Shown piece by piece: positions 61,087 to 64,000 of a stretch of 64,000 bases of DNA (positions are counted from its first letter, which is position 1; each line of letters opens with the position of its first letter). The stretch is taken from the NCBI GenBank assembly GCA_022769285.1, contig JALEKD010000039.1, positions 25,364 through 89,363 on the forward strand, in the 5' to 3' direction. The position numbers and the translations under genes are program-made. The notes under the pieces were generated by a model that was not told the DNA's origin, searched no databases, and saw only the letters and a program-made list of their open reading frames with translations. The stretch comes from Prevotella sp. (GTDB lineage: Bacteria; Bacteroidota; Bacteroidia; Bacteroidales; Bacteroidaceae).

Positions 61087-61335
61087 TTAGTTGTTAGTCT
61101 TTTTCTTCTTAAATAGTTGCTTAGTACCGGCCCAGAGCAGCCGGACCACTACGCTCACCGCATACAGGAACGCTGTGAAACACAGTACATAAAAGATAGA
61201 GGTAAACAGCTCCGTAACGGGCGACTCGTAAGCGATGATGGCCCCCACGTTGAGCAGGTTGGCCACTACAAAGGCGCCTAACAGGTACCAGAGTTCGCAT
61301 TTCTGCCTCTTCGAGGTAAGTATTATATCTTTCAT
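61087..61335 (-). CDS. small two-TM membrane protein
   Basis: Two hydrophobic helices and a basic tail; ATGA-type overlap with the upstream oxidoreductase. Confidence 0.75.
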   Translation of the reverse strand: MKDIILTSKRQKCELWYLLGAFVVANLLNVGAIIAYESPVTELFTSIFYVLCFTAFLYAVSVVVRLLWAGTKQLFKKKKTNN

Positions 61336-62630
61336 ATAGCTTGGCTGTTTTCTTTGGTTCCGTAAACCGAATAGTTAATCTTGTACTGGTCAGGGAAAGG
61401 CAGTATCTCGCCACGTACCATGGCCTCGTGGCCCCACAGGCAGAGCAGGCTGGCGTAATAGCCTTCCTCGGCGATGTTCTTGGGCTGACGCTGGGTAACC
61501 ACAGCCTCGACAAAGGCGTCGAGGAGCAGCGAGGTACCATCGGTCTTGGGACGGCCGCTGTCCAGGATGTACTCGCCATTGTTCGTATTGGCCGTCTCTG
61601 GGGCCCAACTGGTTCCGGCGAACGGTATTTCGTCGAACAGGGTATTCTCCCAGTTATTAATCATTTGCAGGAAAGCTGGCGCAGGGGCCACCTCTTCGAA
61701 GTAGTACTTTCCCTTTTCGGGCTCTACGGTTCCCAGGTTGCCCAGGATTTGCTCCTCCAGTCCATAGAACTTGTTGGAGATGACAGAGCCGTACGTTATC
61801 TTCTCGCCAGTATTGTATGTGTAGATACAGTTCACATTGTCGTACACCTCGCGGCCATCCTTCCAGAAGGTGAGACCTCCGTGGCCCATCACCTTGTCCG
61901 GCAGACGGCCCAAGGCCCATGTTCCCACCTGTAACTGGTGACACGCCAACTCGGTCATCAGTCCGTGCGACGATGCCTTGTACAAACGCCAGTTGATAAA
62001 TCGCTCTAACTTGGGGTCGGGCACCTCGCGGCGCCAGTCGCCGTTACGGTTCCAGAAGGCGTGGACAGCGGCAATCTTGCCAAAGGTACCACGGTGTACC
62101 AGATCCATAACCTTGATATAGCGGGGGTCGAAGAGACGCTGCTGGCCGGTAAAGAAAATCTTGCCCGAAGACAGGTGGCGCTTGTACATGTTGTAACACT
62201 CCTCGATGGTATAGCCGATAGACTTCTCACAGTACACATCCTTACCGGCATCGAAAGCACCCATCACTATCTGATAGTGAGTATTGAGCGGGGTGGCCAC
62301 TATGACGGCATCGATGCTGCGGTCGGCCAGCAGGGCGCGGTAGTCGCGATACACCTTGGCCTTAGGAACCAGCTTGAGAGCCTCATCTATCGAGGGCTGG
62401 TAGACATCAGCAATGGCAACGATGTCGGCCTTGGGGTTCTGGACGAGGAAACTCAGCAGGAAGCGGCCACGGGAACCGGGGCCAATCATTCCGATACGGC
62501 AGCGTTCCTTTCCGGTATGCTTCACATCGGAGAATACTGACAGCCAAGGGCTCGTGGCGGCCAGTACGCCGGCTCCTACCATGCCCAGGTTCTGCAGAAA
62601 TTTCCGTCTGTTTATCTGTTTTTCTTCCAT
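61332..62630 (-). CDS. Gfo/Idh/MocA oxidoreductase with Tat signal
   Basis: NRRKFLQ, IGPGSRG, ATP..H, YCEKS and ELACHQ; TACTTTTG promoter at about 62660-62667. Confidence 0.92.
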   Translation of the reverse strand: MEEKQINRRKFLQNLGMVGAGVLAATSPWLSVFSDVKHTGKERCRIGMIGPGSRGRFLLSFLVQNPKADIVAIADVYQPSIDEALKLVPKAKVYRDYRALLADRSIDAVIVATPLNTHYQIVMGAFDAGKDVYCEKSIGYTIEECYNMYKRHLSSGKIFFTGQQRLFDPRYIKVMDLVHRGTFGKIAAVHAFWNRNGDWRREVPDPKLERFINWRLYKASSHGLMTELACHQLQVGTWALGRLPDKVMGHGGLTFWKDGREVYDNVNCIYTYNTGEKITYGSVISNKFYGLEEQILGNLGTVEPEKGKYYFEEVAPAPAFLQMINNWENTLFDEIPFAGTSWAPETANTNNGEYILDSGRPKTDGTSLLLDAFVEAVVTQRQPKNIAEEGYYASLLCLWGHEAMVRGEILPFPDQYKINYSVYGTKENSQAI

Positions 62631-63066
62631 TTATGTTTTTAATTATTATGATTGCTGTTGCAAAAGTAGCCCTTTTTATTATAATGAGTAAGGAGAATTG
62701 TTCTGCCATTCTGTAAATATGTGTTTTTACCCCAAAAGTGACAAAAAAATACAGCCCTCATCATCGCGGTGCCTTGGCTGAGTGCTACGGCACATCCTCA
62801 GGACAAAGTTACAATAAAATCTGCCACCTGTGTACGCCTATCAGCAGTATATATGCAAAATATAGATATTTCTAAGCGCTAATAGATTGATTACCAACAC
62901 AAATATGGCTACAAACAGGGCGTTTTTTTATAGGCGTTTAGATAAGATATGGCAGCACTGGATACCTAAATAAAGTCCCCAAGTTCACCAAGAGAGGATG
63001 CGAAAAGTACAAAGGTGAAAAGCGCTGAGATGGATGCCTCCTGGGCGATGACAGGAACGGTCACCC

Positions 63067-63240
63067 GAATCGCAGAGACCGGTCTTTACGTTTCCCGGAG
63101 CCACCTTTAGCGAGCTGAGAGCCGTCTTTAGAAGTCCAAAGACCTGTCTTTTCATTTCTCACAATGGTTATTGGCTTTACAACAACAATACATGGGCAGT
63201 GGCAGTTAGCTTACATCCCCCCTTGGAGGGCTTGGGGGCT
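63067..63240 (+). repeat. family A element, copy 3
   Basis: GAGACCGGTCTTTACGTTTCCCGGAGCC is identical to copy 1; same 21-bp period and downstream TACATCCCCCC..GGGGGCT. Confidence 0.78.
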
Positions 63241-63284
63241 CTTTTTCTTTTATCTTTTTACCCTTCAAGACCATGGCCGCTACC

Positions 63285-64000
63285 CTACTCTCGCTGTTCG
63301 ATGGCGCGGAGTTCGCGGCGGAAGCGCTGCCTGTAGAGGACACCGGCCACGGTGAGCCCCACGGGGAACGCGGCCCACACGCCGAGGATGCCCAGGTGGC
63401 ACACGAAGCCGAGCAAGTAACCCATGGGCAGCGAGATGACGAAGTAGGCGATAAAGGCGTAGTACATCATGGGCTTAACGCAGGCTATGCCGCGCAGGGC
63501 GTTGGCAAAGGTGTACTGCAAGCCGTCGCCAAACTGGTAGATAATCATCACCCATATCAGCATGGCCACTATCTGACCCGCCTCGGCATTGTCCGAGAAC
63601 AGGCCGCCTATGTAGTGGCGACCCAGGAGTACGGGCACACTCATCATGGCCGAGAAGAAGAGGGCCATGTGGAACCCGTCGGTCGCGCAGGTACGCACGG
63701 CGGTGTAGTCGTGCTGCCCCATGAAGTAGCTGATACGTATGGACATGGCAGCAGCCATGCCCGAGAGTACCAGGTAGAACAGCTGCGACACGGTGATTAC
63801 TATCTGATGGGCAGCCAGCTGCACGGTGCCCAGCCAGCCCACCATGATACAACTGAAGCTGAACGCGGCCGACTCCATGCCCAACTGCAGGGCCACGGGC
63901 CACCCTAAACGGTTCATCTCCAGGAAGTCGTGACGGTTTACGCAACCACGGGCCACTCCCTGGCGGTAGCCAGCAAAGTCTTTATGGACAAGCATGATAA
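63285..64000 (-). CDS. MATE family efflux transporter, 5' part outside the window
   Basis: LGWPVALQ..ME, LAAHQI and QFGDGLQ...ALRG. Confidence 0.9.
   Translation of the reverse strand, partial: IMLVHKDFAGYRQGVARGCVNRHDFLEMNRLGWPVALQLGMESAAFSFSCIMVGWLGTVQLAAHQIVITVSQLFYLVLSGMAAAMSIRISYFMGQHDYTAVRTCATDGFHMALFFSAMMSVPVLLGRHYIGGLFSDNAEAGQIVAMLIWVMIIYQFGDGLQYTFANALRGIACVKPMMYYAFIAYFVISLPMGYLLGFVCHLGILGVWAAFPVGLTVAGVLYRQRFRRELRAIEQRE

Noticed and set aside
62670-63060. AT-rich 400-bp intergenic stretch as a hidden gene or riboswitch
   Set aside because: No credible ORF or recognisable riboswitch core; consistent with a promoter region

Overview
Chromosomal window from a high-GC Bacteroidales genome, most likely Prevotella/Prevotellaceae. 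Evidence for this is TAnnTTTG -7 promoters, almost no Shine-Dalgarno sites, Prevotella-type T9SS C-termini and Bacteroidales gene order. Housekeeping blocks are cca, der/era, yceD-rpmF-fabH, tRNA-Asn, nadD-gmk-yicC and tsaB-murA-rimM-dxr-rseP-trpS. Four accessory modules sit between them. (1) An AraC-NifX fusion/GNAT cassette with a divergent SD-bearing gene and a 21-bp-spaced operator. (2) A surface-glycan locus whose second operon encodes a phosphoethanolamine transferase, two acyltransferases, a UbiA-type polyprenyl-P phosphoribosyltransferase, a HAD phosphatase, GtrA and two DUF6080-like membrane proteins with GT-C-like motifs. This is a candidate lipid-linked ribofuranosylation pathway (no DprE1/E2 in the window) and the best 'new system' candidate. 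(3) A C10 protease/serpin/C10 protease cluster. (4) A Tat-oxidoreductase/DUF1080/ApbE keto-glycoside operon coupled to GH115 and GH130. Also present are a GH97 gene with an internally deleted duplicate, two families of 21-bp-periodic intergenic repeats, a dispersed AT-rich pseudo-palindrome and a promoter-bearing ORF-less region beside the tRNA. No CRISPR array, rRNA, transposase or integrase was seen. All family calls come from motif recognition by eye, not database searches.
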